This document shows, piece by piece, positions 33,986-53,011 of a stretch of 64,000 nt of DNA. This DNA comes from the human T2T-CHM13v2.0 reference genome, Homo sapiens. The notes under the pieces are model-generated. The model was given only the letters and a program-made list of their open reading frames with translations, was not told the origin of the DNA and did not search any database. A program made the translations under genes and the position numbers. Numbering within the stretch: the first letter of the stretch is position 1; each line of letters opens with the position of its first letter. The stretch lies in NCBI RefSeq assembly GCF_009914755.1, contig NC_060942.1. One strand, given 5' to 3'.

Positions 33986-34374
33986 GCTATAGTAGTTTAT
34001 TACATAAATTGGCCCCTGATCACTTCTTCCTATTTCTACACTCTTGGTAGTCCCCTCCACATTGAGTCTGTGATTAGTCATGTGACTTACTTTGACCAGT
34101 GGCACATTAACAAGCACGATGCAAGCAGAAGCTTAAAACATACTGTGCATTGGGGTTTGCCTTATACCACCTAAGTCTACCATATGAAGATGCCTGGGCT
34201 AGCCTGCTGGAGACATGTGGCTCAGCTGTCAGCCAGCCTGACCACTAGCCATGTGAATGAAGCCATCTTAGACCATGTTATCCCAGTTGAGATGCCAGAA
34301 AACTGCAGCCATGTAAGTGACTCCAGGTGCAGAAGGACCATCTAGCTGAGCTCAGCCAAAATTGCTGACCCATA

Positions 34375-35190
<816 letters not shown>

Positions 35191-37024
35191 CATAGTCATG
35201 AGCAAATACAATGGTTGTCTTAAACTGCAAAGTTTTGGGGCTTAAATTCAGCAACAGATGAGTAATATGAGCACTGTGTAATGCCTAAAGTGCTGTGCAG
35301 CCTTCCTAATTCCTTCCATGGTTATATACACAGAAAGTTCCAACTCTAGGGGATTTTGAGTGGAGGACGTGGGCAGAATGTGGATAGTCAATCAGGACCT
35401 GCCAAGATCTAGGGACTAGAAAGGGCCTCAGAGGCCTGAGGGGGCCACAAACCTGGCAGCAGACAGGGCCTGTTTAACCACCTCCTCCCTGAGCCTCGCT
35501 CCATCTCATTCAGATGCAGCTTTCCAGGACCAGACCTTGATGCTCTGTCTACCATCTCAGCCCCACTCCATCCAGCATTCACTCCTGGTTTGAGAGGCAT
35601 CAAGACCAAAGGCAGGACCCTGGGACCTCTTGTTGGTTAACATATCTGACAGGCATAGAGCAGTCTATGATCATCTCTGCATGAACAATCTATTCTGTTC
35701 ACAAAGACTTCTGTGGATTCGACCATCATAAACCACAGTGAAGCATCTCTGATTTTTAGTAGAAGGATATACCTGCTGTTGCTCTGCATGCAGAAGGTGC
35801 TGACTCATTTCAAGGAGGCATAGCTGAGGAGTAATAATTCTTGATTATTGTTTTACCCCTTGAATGGCCAATAACCCAAGTGTGAACTCTTCTTCTTTTC
35901 AAGCAGGTGGCCTTATCCTAAATCACCATTGGTCAGACCTTGGTCATAAATCTCCTGAGGACAGGCCATGCTTCTTGCAGTTACCTCTTCTCTAGCAAAA
36001 ACCAGTGAAGCAGAGGGTTGTGGGGGGAAAGGGCGATAAATCTTATTTTCCTCTTGTAAATACTCCGTAGGGTGTCTCCTACTGACAGTTTTAAAAGGGA
36101 CTCAAACCTAACCAACTTCTAAGAAGTATTATTTCACTCAACCACAAAAAATGTGTTTTTCCATTCATTCTCAAAGCCAAAGACAGTTACTTTATCAGAA
36201 TCTGTCAAAGTCAGGTACAGAAAGATCCAAATGACTGAAAAGCAACAACTCATACTGGCTTCATGAAAACGAAGCAAGTAAATCCCAGTGGGAACACTGG
36301 GACATGTGTCTCAGTTCAATAACTTCTTGCAAGAAAATAGGAAGCATTCCCTTCCATTGAGAGTGTTGAATTACATTTCATATGAGAAATTATTATTATT
36401 ACTAATCACAGGGGACTTTTGGATCTCAGTGGATCCTTCCTTCTTGCTCTATGAGAGCAGCAGAGAGGCAACACTGGCTAATTGCAGTCAGATATATCAA
36501 CTCAATCACGATAAACTGGATCTTCCACTCCTGACTTTATAGTTTGTCAGACAATATCAATGTTAAAATAGAAATGAAATCCATACTTTGAAGACACAGT
36601 CACTCAGAAAAGTGTTTCTACCCTTGGTTTAAGAAATCCTCTGGCCAGATTCCTGGCTCTGTACCCCACTGGCTATCTCATAAGAGTTTTGCATTTCAAT
36701 TCCCTTGTTCGTAGAAAGTGTAGGATTGCTATGAGGAACAAGTGAGAAAATGCAAAATTGCTTTGAAAAATATAAAATAATAAGCATAGTCTCTGTGAGA
36801 CTTTATAAATTCATTTAATTTCTTATTTCATGAAATCTTACCATAATTCTATCACAGTAAGATAAATGGCAACAACTTAAAACCATCTTTCCCAGAAGTA
36901 ACAAGAATAACTTGTGAGCTTCTTGAGGATAAGAGCCATTTCCAACCCACTGTATAACCACTGTCTATCTCCAAGGAAAGGTTCCCAGGATATGTTTGTT
37001 AAATAGAGAGAAAATGGAAGGCTG

Positions 37025-37104
37025 AGTGGATGGATTAATGGATGCCTGGACAAATGGATGGGCAGATGGGTGGATGGGTGGGTGGATGGATGGATGGATG
37101 GATG
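37025..37104. repeat. (TGGA)n simple repeat, probably an L2 tail
   Basis: Seen directly. L2-like 3' sequence precedes it. Confidence 0.9.
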
Positions 37105-37780
37105 GATGGATGGATGGATGGATGCAGGGCCAAGATAGTATGCATCAGGATGGGTATTCAGGTTGTCAAAATATTAAAATACTTCTACATTAGTAGGTAA
37201 ATATCTATTTCCCTGAGCTCCTCAAATGCCCCCTGTTGGCCTCCTTGGATCTTTATTCTCCTAAAAAGCCATAGTCCTCTTCTTTAGTTCAGCAACTAAA
37301 GGATTGTTGTCTGCACAGCAATCTACGTTGTCAGGCCATCTAAATGGTAGATCGACAGCTTCCTCTTCTTGGTAGATGCCTGTGCACCATCCAACTGTGA
37401 GATATTTTGAATATCCCTCTTGCTTGGATGGATAACCATTTCATTACTGAGCTGGTTTTAGGCTATTGGCTGTAGGCAATTTTCTTAATAAATCCCATGA
37501 GTTTTAAATGTGTTGTCAGTATTTCCTAGTTCATAGGGTAAAACTTCTTCAAGATATTCCATTGTAATCTGAGGTCCTTTAAGGCTTTAATGTGTTGTTG
37601 AGTTTTTTTACCACGCTCCAAATTTTCCAAATAATGATTTCTACATGTAGGTTGGGATTATTTTCTTAAGTAATTCCTTATTATATTCACTCACTTTCTT
37701 AATAGTATGGGTTTGGGGGATTTATGTGAGAGAAAATGCCTGCTCTGAGTATCATGATCAATGGATGCATCTAGAACAGT

Positions 37781-38135
37781 TGATATTGTTTGGCTGTGTC
37801 CCCACCCCCAAGTCTCATCTTGAATTGTAATAATCACATGTCAAGGGCAGGGCCAGGTGGAGATAATTGAATCATGGGGGCAGTTTCCCCCATACTGTTC
37901 TAATGGTAGTGAATAAGTCTCATGAGATCTGATGGTTTTATAAATGGGAGTCCCCCTGCAAAAACTCTCTTGCCTGCTGCCATGTAAGAGGTGACTTTGC
38001 TCCTCTTTCGTCTTCTGCCATGATTGTGAGACCTCCCCAGCCATGTGGAACTGTGAATCAATTAAACCTCTTTCCTTTATAAATTACCCAGTCTTGGGTA
38101 TGTCTTTATTAGCAGCGTGAGAACAGACTAATACA
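37781..38135 (+). mobile_element. THE1 (THE1B/C-like) solo LTR
   Basis: tgatattgtttggctgtgtccccacc...gaacagactaataca. Perfect 5-bp TSD acagt. Confidence 0.93.
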
Positions 38136-39701
38136 ACAGTCTTTGATTCAACCACAGAAGAACCTGTGACAGTTGTGTATGAGTTCATTTTCTGTCATGT
38201 CTGTGGAGAAGAGGTGTTGGTCTCATAGCAGCCTTGCTCCAGCCACATTGCTGGCACCTCATTATGTGGCTCTCAGCAACCCATGGCCTTTGGCTCCTCC
38301 ACTGCTGACCATCACTTGGAATTCTGGGACCACTGCTCTCCACCTGCACTGGTACCACCATTGCACAGCTTTGGCAGGAGTGGAGCCCCCTGCTCCATTT
38401 CCCCTCAGTTCCCTACAACAGCCTTGGGCAGTAATGTCTGCCTCCAACACACACACTTTCCAACTATTAAATAATTTTCAGAAGCAAAAAGTGTTGGGCA
38501 CTAGCTGAGCCCTTTGTCCATCCTCCTATTTCCAGACCATGCCTAGGGTACAAAGGAAGGAGCTCTTTCCCACCCCTTATCAAACAGCTCAGAGCTTTAG
38601 TTAACAAGCTTTGGGTCAGGACCTTGAAATATAAATTCTTTTCATTGGGCCAGATTGGAGTTCTTGGGAAGGTGCACCCCCCTCACCCCTCTTAATCTTC
38701 AAAGATTCATAAGCAGAAGGGCTACCCCTGATAATGTATTCTCCAGGTTAGAGGGCAAGAAGGGGACTCTGCTAGCCCCATTTATATCTCTTTCTGCAGC
38801 ATGTCACGGTTTCTTAAAAAGCAAAGAATGCATAAACTACTTGGGAAGTTTTATCAAAGGAAAGTTGCTATAAGAAATATAACAGTTAGCATCCCGAATG
38901 TGCACTGTAAGAAAGACTGTCATATAACCAGGACCAGGCAATGAAATGTATCAGTTGCCTCTCATTTTGAGAAGGGAAAAACATAGTGACTGTCATTCTT
39001 CAACAGAGAATATATTGAATGATATTTTATAATTAGCTCCCATTCCTCTGACACAAAGCATGAAAGAATTGGAATATCTCAATTCCCTGCATCAGAGTAA
39101 CAGAAAAGAAACATTGCAGTAATATCAGGGCAGCCACCTCCAATAGCACCTGCCAAATTGTAAGTGGAGATTTTCTTCTGCCAACATTATTCTCCATTCC
39201 CCTACCGTTAGGGAACTGGCTGAATTTTCTTCTTCGTATGTAATACAGTATTCTTTTTTTTCTGACAAGGTATAATAACTATAGTGTCAAATAGTAACAC
39301 GTTAGAAGAAATAAACATAACATAGACAAAAGAAGGCTTCAGTGTTTGCTGAATGCACCAACTGCATGGGTCTCCAGTGTTCCAGGGTTGATTTATATCA
39401 TCATTAACTGCTCTTTTTCCCATCACCCCATTCCCTCCCATGCTCCCTGGAGGTCCCAGCACAGCAAATGCTTTTGCAAGTTCCCATGAAAGATTCCCCT
39501 CAAGCTCCCAGCCCCTATCCACCAGGCCTGGGTCTGTGCATCTGTGTGTTTCCAGGGCATGGCTTGTGCCTGGGGAACTGAAGCATTGAGCCATGAGCCT
39601 CACCAGGAAGGACTCGTAGCCTGGCTCCCAGCAGATGGTGGCAGTTGTCTGGGGGTGTGAATGGCACTAGCTGTTCCTGTTCATCTGACCTCCTTGCACA
39701 G

Positions 39702-39791
39702 GCACTGACAATCTGTGGGAACAGGACAGTCCTCTCAGTCTGATTGGAGGGTCTCATTATCACTGCTGCTCAGGGCTCTCCTTACTAACAG
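39702..39791 (+). other. Candidate 90-bp plus-strand exon
   Basis: ctgttcatctgacctccttgcacag|GCACTG...TAACAG|gtaagt, with branch-point-like ctgac and a consensus donor. Confidence 0.35.
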
Positions 39792-39965
39792 GTAAGTTCT
39801 ATAATCATAACAAATAGAGTTTTTAAAAAGAAAAAAAAGAGTTCTGGTCTCATCACATCTGAGATGGGCAGGGAGAAGTAAAAGAATAAAAGCCTCTCCC
39901 TTCAATGGTTCTCAAACTACTTGGTAAGAATTGGCCTTTGGATGAAGAACTTTATTTTTTAAAAA

Positions 39966-39981
39966 GTGTGTGTGTGTATGT

Positions 39982-40036
<55 letters not shown>

Positions 40037-40318
40037 GGGGTCTTGCTCTGTGGCCCGGGCTGGAGTGTAGTGGCACAATCATAGCTCACTGCAGCCTTGA
40101 GTTCCTAGGCCCAGGGAATCCTCCCACCTTAGCCTCCCAAGAAGCTAGGACTAAAGGTGTGCACTGCCACTTTGCCTGGCTAATTATTTTTATTTTTTAC
40201 AGAGGGGGGGTCTTGCTGTATTGCCCAGGCTGGTCTTGAACTCCTGAGCTCAAGCAATTCTCCCGCCTCAGCCTCCCAAACCACTGGTATTACAGGTGTC
40301 AGCCACCGTCCCTGGCCT
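39966..40318 (-). mobile_element. AluJ with (GT)n(GA)n(GACA)n tail
   Basis: Reverse Alu with J diagnostics (atagctcactgcagcc). A compound microsatellite replaces the poly-T. Confidence 0.9.
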
Positions 40319-40321
40319 GGA

Positions 40322-40780
40322 TGGAGGAATTTAATACAGGAAATTGGTTCATCAGCTGACAGAAGAATTTACGATTTAAATAGGGGAGAGGGGAAAGGCA
40401 GGGATTAGCCACAGAAGGAAGCCAATAATACATCAAGGCCCATGAAAAAGGGAAGCGGAAGTCGTTACTAGAGGCCAAAACCAGCAGATGCTGAAACTGG
40501 TGGGATAGCCCTGTGGGAGCTGGGACCCTAAGGGAAGGGCTGTCTGGAAGAAACTGGAGCCATGAAGGAAACACAGCCACCAATGCTGAGATGCAGGAAG
40601 CCAAGCAAAAGGGCAAAAAGCACCAGGCAGTTCCTTTCCTTCCTCCCTCTAGTTTTCCACCAGGCTTCCCATGGGCCATGCCTACTAGAAGCCATGGAGT
40701 AAAGGAGCCTGGGAAATGCAGTTCCCTGTGATCAAAAAGAAGCACAGAGGAAAGGCTGGCATGGATCTGAGGCACAATGG
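40322..40780 (-). mobile_element. ERVL LTR, LTR33-like
   Basis: atttaatacaggaaattggtt...aaggagcctgggaaatgcagttccc...atggatctgagg. Confidence 0.6.
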
Positions 40781-41702
40781 GTGCCTAGTCTTTTTTTATG
40801 CCCCAGTTTGTAGATCCAGAAGGCTAAGACCAGGAGATTAGATGATCATGCCATGAAAAACTCCAGCTTAGCCCTGCTGGCACCATCACACCCTTGGAGA
40901 AGAAGAAAGAGTACGCTCAGATACAGGGATGAAAGAAGGTCCCAGAAAGAACTGGGGAGTCTCAAGGGCTGAGAGAACCACAATATGAGTTTGCTGGGCT
41001 CCTAAGTATGTTTGCGGTCTGGAGTCTAAGGGATGAGGTTGTCTTGGACAGCAACAGAAATCAAAATCCTCAAATTCCATTAGGAGACCTGGGGTAGAGG
41101 TGGTCCATGATAAAGCAGAGAGAGAGAAGTCAGACTGGGGCTTCCAGCTATATAAAGGTGATTTTGTAACCATAACATATGCTTGCATTGGACAATCTAT
41201 ATGTTCCTTGAACTGCTAAGGCTTTACACTATAATGAAATTGCCCTTGCCTTTCATAAAGTTGGTGGGGACAGGGGGAAGGGTGTGCTGTTGTGGGTTGA
41301 GATAGCTTCATGGTTATGAGTCCAGGCTGGCCGCAGCTGCTGTGACAGCCCCATAAACATGATCTAACCTTTCCATTTCCTCTTTCAGAAGATGCGGTTG
41401 CTAACACCTTCCTCACAGAGCTGTTGTAAGGATTACATGAGACAAATGGATTTAGCCATGAAGCACTCAGCCCAGAGCCTGGCTCCCAGAAAGTGCTCAC
41501 CTAACACAGGTCTGGTCTGCAGGAGAGAGAATTCTCTCACAGCCTCCAGCAGACCACCCATCACCAAGGACCCCTGGGGGCCTCCAGCTGAGCCACTGAG
41601 AACATGCAGTGAGGAACAGTTTCCTTGCCCACAGCAGGGTGAATGCAGGAGCCCAGAGCAGACTGAGGTTGGCAAATACCTTCCCAGCCTGTGGCTCCTT
41701 AG

Positions 41703-41703
<1 letters not shown>

Positions 41704-41744
<41 letters not shown>
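41704..41744. repeat. (CA)n microsatellite
   Basis: Seen directly. Confidence 0.97.
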
Positions 41745-41745
<1 letters not shown>

Positions 41746-42049
41746 ACAAACACAGACCCACAAATCACAGCCTGTCAAGACAGTCCCAGAAGCAAAAGGA
41801 GATAAGAATGTACCTTTGCTGGCAAAATTTACAGCATTCAGATGCCCATGAAAGCCTTGTGGTATGACGTGTATTATTATGTGGGAAAAAAGAAAGAAAG
41901 AGCCTCACAGAGACAGCTCTGCTGTGCTGTTCCCACCGTCGAGGATGCTGCTGGTCACAGATTACATTAAAGTAAAATATAAACAAATGCTTTAACAAAC
42001 ATGTAAGTAAAATTTAAGTGTTTTTAAACATTTAAACTCCAAGCAGGAT

Positions 42050-42276
42050 ACAGAGGGCATCCCGATGAGGGGACAGCCCAGCACAGGGTCTCTGAGTCCA
42101 GGCATCAGCAGGGGGAGGGGTGGGCCAGAGAAGGGAGATTGGCTAACTACTGGTGGATTACCCAAACAAGTGGATGTATTAAGGATGATGCCAGGTTCCT
42201 CATTGCCAGAAAAAGAGCGCTACAAATCAGGAAGGAGACAACTAGAATGAACCTATGGTGCTGAATTTGGGAGTAT

Positions 42277-42314
<38 letters not shown>

Positions 42315-42665
42315 GTAAAGAGAGAGAAATATAGATACAAATGTTTATGTGTGTGTGTGTGTGTATAAGAATACATATATGTATTTCGTAGCTCTTCCCA
42401 GCCCTGGGAGCAGTGACACCCCAAAAGCAATGAGCACACTTAGACCCAGACATTCACTTTTAAGTACCATTTCCTGCTAAAAGAACCCAGGGCTTCTTGG
42501 AGAAGTTACTGGTTCCAGGGCTGGAACAGAGAATATACGAGGTGAACCTGGAGCATCTTGTTGTGCTAGAAAGCAGGAAAATGCTCAAACAACAATAATA
42601 AGGATCTGTCAAAAGGACTGCAGCCTACAGGCCAAATCTAGGACAATTTGAGCATCAAAATAAAT
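42050..42665 (+). mobile_element. L1MC4-type 3' region with (GT)n repeats at 42281-42312 and 42346-42365
   Basis: ctaaaagaacccagggcttcttggagaa...ggttccagggctgg...gagcatcttgttgtgctagaaagc. Confidence 0.7.
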
Positions 42666-43220
42666 GTCAATGCCTGTAGTTGAACCATTTGGGTTCATTA
42701 CCCCTTACAGCGAGGAAGAATGCACACCATGGGGACTATGGTGGAAGGGATCTCAGTAAGAAGATTTCAGAAAAAAACCTATTATAGGATTAGGCAGTGG
42801 TTTGGGAGGGTTTTGGGAGAGTCCAGGAACTTGGCTTCACTGTGGATTGCACATTGTCAGAAAGTAGGGACGATGCTATGACTGGACACCTCAATAAACC
42901 TTCTATACAGGAAAAACAAGCTAGAGCAGATAATGATGGAATGGTCAAGAAGCAGTGGTCTCTTATTAGCCAGGAGACAGGGATGGGATTGTATGGATTG
43001 CATCTTGGTTTTGTCCATACCTAGACAAATTTATGAAGTGGCCCTGTTTTGTCTTAATTTACCTCGGTCTCAGAGTGACCTTCTCTGACATTGATGTTGT
43101 GTGAGACGGTTTATGTCCAACAGACATCTAGAAGCACCAGGCCAGCTTCTAATAACACTGAGTCCTGTTGCAAGTGTCAGACTGGTTCCCAGGTTTCAGG
43201 GACTACCTTTTTCTTTCTCA
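42665..43220 (-). mobile_element. ERVL solo LTR, MER54-like
   Basis: tgtcaatgcc...ttttctttctca with TG/CA ends. Homologous to the 10329 copy. Confidence 0.65.
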
Positions 43221-43626
43221 GTACTAATGGATTTATTTATTTTACCCGTGGAGTGAAATAAAGATCTAGGATTCCAAACAGATATAAAGTAATTATTTAA
43301 TTAACTAAAATGGAAGAATGGTGAGAAATGGGATTTTTAAAAAATAGACTTTATTGTTAGAGCAATTTGAGGTTTACAGGAAAATTGAGGGGGAAGTACA
43401 CATTCCTGTATTCCCTTACTCACCCCCGACTGTTTCCCCTATTTCCTATCTTGCACATTTGTTACAGTTGATGAGGCAATATTGACACATTATTTTTAAC
43501 AAAAGTTCAGAGTTTACATTAGGACTCTGAGTCATACATTTCACAGGTTTTCACAAATGTATAATGACACATCCACCATTATAATATAATACAGAATAGT
43601 TTCAGTGCCCTAAAAATTTCCTGTGC

Positions 43627-47018
<3,392 letters not shown>

Positions 47019-47027
47019 CTCCTGTGC

Positions 47028-47252
47028 TCTCCTGGGCTCAAGGGATACTTCCACTTCAGCCTCCTGAGTAGCTAAGACTATAAGCATGTGACCACACCAG
47101 GCTATTTTTTAAAAATTATTTTAAGTTTCTTTTTCTAGAGATGGAGTCTTACCATGTTGCTCAGGCTGGTCTCTAACTCATGGCCTCAAGCAATCCTCCT
47201 CCTTGGCTTCCTAATGTGCTGGGGTTACAGGAGTGAGCCACCATCCCTGGCC
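47028..47252 (-). mobile_element. AluJ, tail end missing
   Basis: ctcctgggctcaag...gagccaccatccctggcc. Confidence 0.88.
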
Positions 47253-47700
47253 ACCACTAAGTTTCTAACTTTCTCTGCAGTTTTGCCTTTTCAAAAATGT
47301 TGCATAGCAGGAATCATATACTATATGGCCTTTTCAGATTGGCTTCATTCACTTTGTAATATTCATTTAAGGCTCCTCAATGTCTTCTTGAGCCTTGCTA
47401 ATTCATTTCTTTTTACTACTGAATAACGTTCCATTGTCTGGATATACCAGTTTGTTTATCTACTCACTTATTGAGGGACATTTTGGTAACTTCCAATTTT
47501 TGGCAATTACAAATAAAGCTGCTATAAACACTTGTATACAGGTTTTTATCTGGGCATAAGTTTTCAACTCATTTGGGTAAATACCTAAGAGTGCAATTGC
47601 TGAATCATATGATAAGTCTAAATTTAGCTATGTAAGTAACTGCCAGACTGTCATCCGAAGTGGCTGTATCATTTTGTATTTCCAACAGCAATGAATGAGG

Positions 47701-47960
47701 CATGATAACTAAATATAATGCGGGATCCTGGAGCAGACAGATACAGCCAGTAAAAACTAAGGAAATCTGAATAAAGTATGGACTTTAGTCAATAATAAGG
47801 AATCAATATAGATCCATTAGTTGTAACAATTGGATCATAGCAGTGTTAGATATTAACAAATAGGGAAAACTGGATGTGGAGTCTACTGAATTCTCTGTAC
47901 TATCTTTCCAAATATTTTATAAATATAAAACTGTTCTAAAACAAAAAGTGTATTTAAATA
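47701..47960 (+). mobile_element. L1MC/MD 3' end
   Basis: ggaaatctgaataaagtatggactttag...tctctgtactatcttt...taaaactgttctaaa. Confidence 0.75.
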
Positions 47961-48280
47961 TTAAGAAAAATGACAGAATGTCATTATTTTGCAACCACCA
48001 AATGAATTCGGATAGCCATGAAGTATCGAGAACTTTTATGACTGCAAAAAAAGAGACAATCAGTTAAGATGTACCTCCTATAGTCTCGTCCATAGAATTA
48101 AACTTGAGTCTGGTCCAGTCTCTGGCTCCAGCTGTCAATTTGCAGGAAATAGAGAAGACAGGAGCATGTTCATCTGCACCATAAATGTTTAAGCAACAGA
48201 AGCCAATACCACCTATCAATAGTGAAAGAAAACTAGAAAATAAAAAACTAGCAAAGAGAATGGAGCAATACACTAAAAAA

Positions 48281-48590
<310 letters not shown>

Positions 48591-48733
48591 TTAAAATTTA
48601 TAAAGAAAAAGGCAAGATTTACTTTTATTTGGAATTGTATAGACATATACCTGGAAAAACCAAGATAATCAACTGAAAGTTATTAGAAATCAGATAATTT
48701 AGCAAAGTAGTTTTAAAAATTAATAACCAAGAT

Positions 48734-50022
48734 TGTTGCGGGATATTTGGGATGTCACTTTTCTGACCAGAAACCTCTGTGGCCAGTGGCACTTTTGCCC
48801 AATTTCTTGTCCTGCCTCCAGGAATGCAGACAAGTGGAAGGTGAACAAAATGAAGAGGAGTTTTGTTGAGTGTTACCAGCTCAGAGGAGACCCCACTCAG
48901 AGGAGACCCGTAGTGGGTAGCTCCTCTCTGTAGGCAGTCTTCCCCATGAAGTGTTCAGCTCTCAGCAGAGAGGAGGCCCTGGAAAGGGTGGCTCCTCTCT
49001 GCCCACAGGTCATCCTGTCATCTCTGCAGCTCTCAGCAGAGAGGGTAGCTCCTCTCTGCAGCTGGTTGTCCCCTCTCTCCATCCTCTGCCCTGCTCAGGC
49101 TGAGTCCCTGGCTTTTATGGACCTCAGAGGGGAGGAAGTGCCTACAGATCAGTCCATGGGCACAGAAAAGTCACCACAAGTCCCCACTCAAGTCCGCAGG
49201 TCTGGAAGCCCAGCCCCCAGTCTTCAGACCCTCCCTGCCTGAAGGTGGGGCCTTAGCCAGGACCTGCCCCCTTCCACCCAGGAGCCTGTCTGCCTCCCGT
49301 GACTGTCCATGGCACCTAGGCTGCTGGCACTGAGGGGAATCTGCAGGCCAGCACCCAGCCACCCTCAGCCCCGTGCCCAGCCACCCTTAGCCTGGCCACC
49401 CTCAGCTTCCCCCCAGATTCTGGAGGTGGCAGGGCACTGGCGTGTCAGTGCTGCCCTGAGCGTGTGCACACCCCACTGGGCTGTGACAGTCCCTCATCAC
49501 AGGCCAGGCTCCTACCCCCATTCGGCTCCAAGATTGGAGTGGGTGCCAGGCAGTGGAAGCAGACACCCCCAAGGGGACGGGGGTAGGCTGGTGGCAGGGG
49601 CACCTTCCTGGCCAGAAGGTACAGGCTGCAAAAATGCCCCGGTCCTGTGCCTGGAAGGGAGGCTGCAGCTGCACCCAGGGAGCACCACCAGGGCCAATTC
49701 GGAATGGGCGGGGCTCCCACTTACCCTGGCTCCTGCCCACTCCGTGTTGCAGGAGGCCCAGGTCTGCAGCCATATACTGAATGGCTGCAGTTGCACCCAG
49801 GAGGGCAGGGATCCTGCCTGCTTCTATCCTGCTTCAATGGAATAGGAGGCCCGGGTCCACAGCTGGGGTTTGGATGGCTGCAGCGGCACCCGGGGAGCTC
49901 CCGCCTCAACTTGGAGGGGCAGGGCTCCCACCAGCTCCACTGAGCGTGCAGCCCCAGCTGGCTTCGCTGCTGCAGCCGGCGTAATGGCCGCGGCAGGCCG
50001 TCTGGAGCAGCCACTGCCATCA
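48734..50022 (-). mobile_element. MER52A-like ERV1 solo LTR inside an old L1M ORF2
   Basis: Minus strand starts tgatggcagtggctgctccagacggcc. GC-rich with internal repeats. TSD agat/aaat. The flanks join as L1 sequence. Confidence 0.85.
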
Positions 50023-50735
50023 AAATCAATAGCTTTCCTACATGCAGTAATAACTAGCTAGCCAACATAACAGAATGCAAGATTCTACTTCAAGATGACA
50101 CAAAAACAAAGTAAAAATGGCTAAGATAATTTAAATGTACAGTATGAAGAAAAATGTTAAATTCTTGATAAAACTGAAGAGACAAACGTATAAATGGAAA
50201 CATACCCTATTTGAGATAGGAATATCTACCATAAAAAGGTAACAATACCCTCTAATTTTATCTACAAATTTAATGTTACCCCAATAAAAACACCATCAGT
50301 TCAACATCCAAATAATAGGAATTTCAGGAGGAAAGACCAAAGAAAATGGTAGCGAAAAAAAAAAATCAAAGAAAAATACAACTTCTTGAGCAAAAATATT
50401 CAAGGTTGAAAGTGACTTTTAGATTCTCAGTACTATAAAAGAAGAGGAAAAAAGACCCATGCCAAAGGATATGCCTAAGAAATTGTAAAACAAAAGTGAT
50501 AAAAAGGAAGCACTTAAAAACTTACAGGAAGGGAGAAAAACATTACATAAAGCTGAGGATAAGAGCTCAGAAAAGCATTGGACCTCTCAGAAACAAACCC
50601 TGTGAGTTAGAAGACATCAATGGAGAAACCCCTTTAAAATTCCAAGGAAAAATCATTTCTTACAGTTTATATCCAGCTGAGGTATCACTGAAGTATGGGG
50701 GTAGAAGAGTGACTTTTTGTTGTTGTTTTTACTCA

Positions 50736-51510
<775 letters not shown>

Positions 51511-52162
51511 AGGAGAACAAGGATTTCCCTGGCACCCTTTCTCAGGAAGCTAATGGGGATGTGTTCCACTAAAATGAAAGAGTAGATCAAAGACCTGCAA
51601 TCCAGCTTAAGAGAGTCAGGGAGGCTTCCAGGATAATGTGGGGGTGTTTCCAGATGACAGCTGTGGAGCAGATGCTAGGGGCAAAGTCCGGATGGGAGCA
51701 GGAGAGTGGGAAGAGACCTAAGGAGAATGTCTCCAAGAAAAAAACTGGAATTGATCTTATACCTGATGTGTTTGATTATTTTGAGAGCAGATTTTCAATT
51801 CTAGGGCAGAATTTTGGACTGACTTGGTAATAGCCATATAGAAAACAAAGAAATGTTAAAACAAAAATCATTGTATAAGAAAGTAAATATAAGCATAGTC
51901 CACTGCTGGTTCAGCCATGAATTATATTTACCTAATCATAATATAAACAGTGAATACTGATTTAACCTAAAAGGGCAATACAAATTTATCACAAGGATGG
52001 GAGGAGAGAATTGTGTAGGTTTGTCTGTGTATGCATGTGTGTGTGCATGAGCATGTTGGAAGGGATACAGCTAACAAGCCAAATATCTTGTTAGCCAAAA
52101 CATCTTCTGGAGTAGGACATCAATCAGTAACACCTACACCTAAAAAATCAAGAAGTATTAGA

Positions 52163-52463
<301 letters not shown>

Positions 52464-52477
52464 TTAGAAAAGGCATA

Positions 52478-52975
52478 TGTGGTGAGCTGAGTAACGCTCC
52501 CAACAGATATCCAGGTGCTCAGCCCTGAAACCTGTGAATTTTATGTAATATGGCAAAAGGGACTTTGCAGATATGCTTAAGTTTAAAATCTTAAAACAAG
52601 ATTTTCCCAGATTATCTAGTTGAACCCTAAATATATCACAAGTGTTTTTATAAGAGGGAGGCAGACGGAAATTTTACTGCAGTAGAGGAGAAGATGATGT
52701 GACCACAAAAGCAGAGATTGGAGTGATGGATCCAGGAGCCAAAGGATGCTGGCAGCCTCTGGATATGGAAGAGGCAAGGAACAGATTCTCCCCTAGAGTC
52801 TCCAGAAAGAACCAGCCCTGTTGATACCACAATTTTAGCTCCTTAAGACTCATTTTGAGATGGGTGCAGTGGCTCACACCTGTAATCCCAGCACTTTGGG
52901 AGGTTGAGGCAGATGGATCACTTGAGCCCAGGGGTTCGAGACCAGCCTGGGCAAACTGGCAAAACCCCATCTCTA

Positions 52976-53011
<36 letters not shown>

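Noticed and set aside
36283-36302. Perfect 8-bp hairpin with a GGAA loop
   Set aside because: About one 8-bp stem with a 4-nt loop is expected by chance in 64 kb, and there is no RNA-gene context.
37025-37104. Repeat arrays as possible CRISPR-like structure
   Set aside because: Simple microsatellites without spacers, in eukaryotic DNA.
48946-50061. GC-rich region with many overlapping ORFs, resembling a CpG island or gene
   Set aside because: Fully explained by the GC-rich MER52-type LTR. Stops are rare because of base composition.
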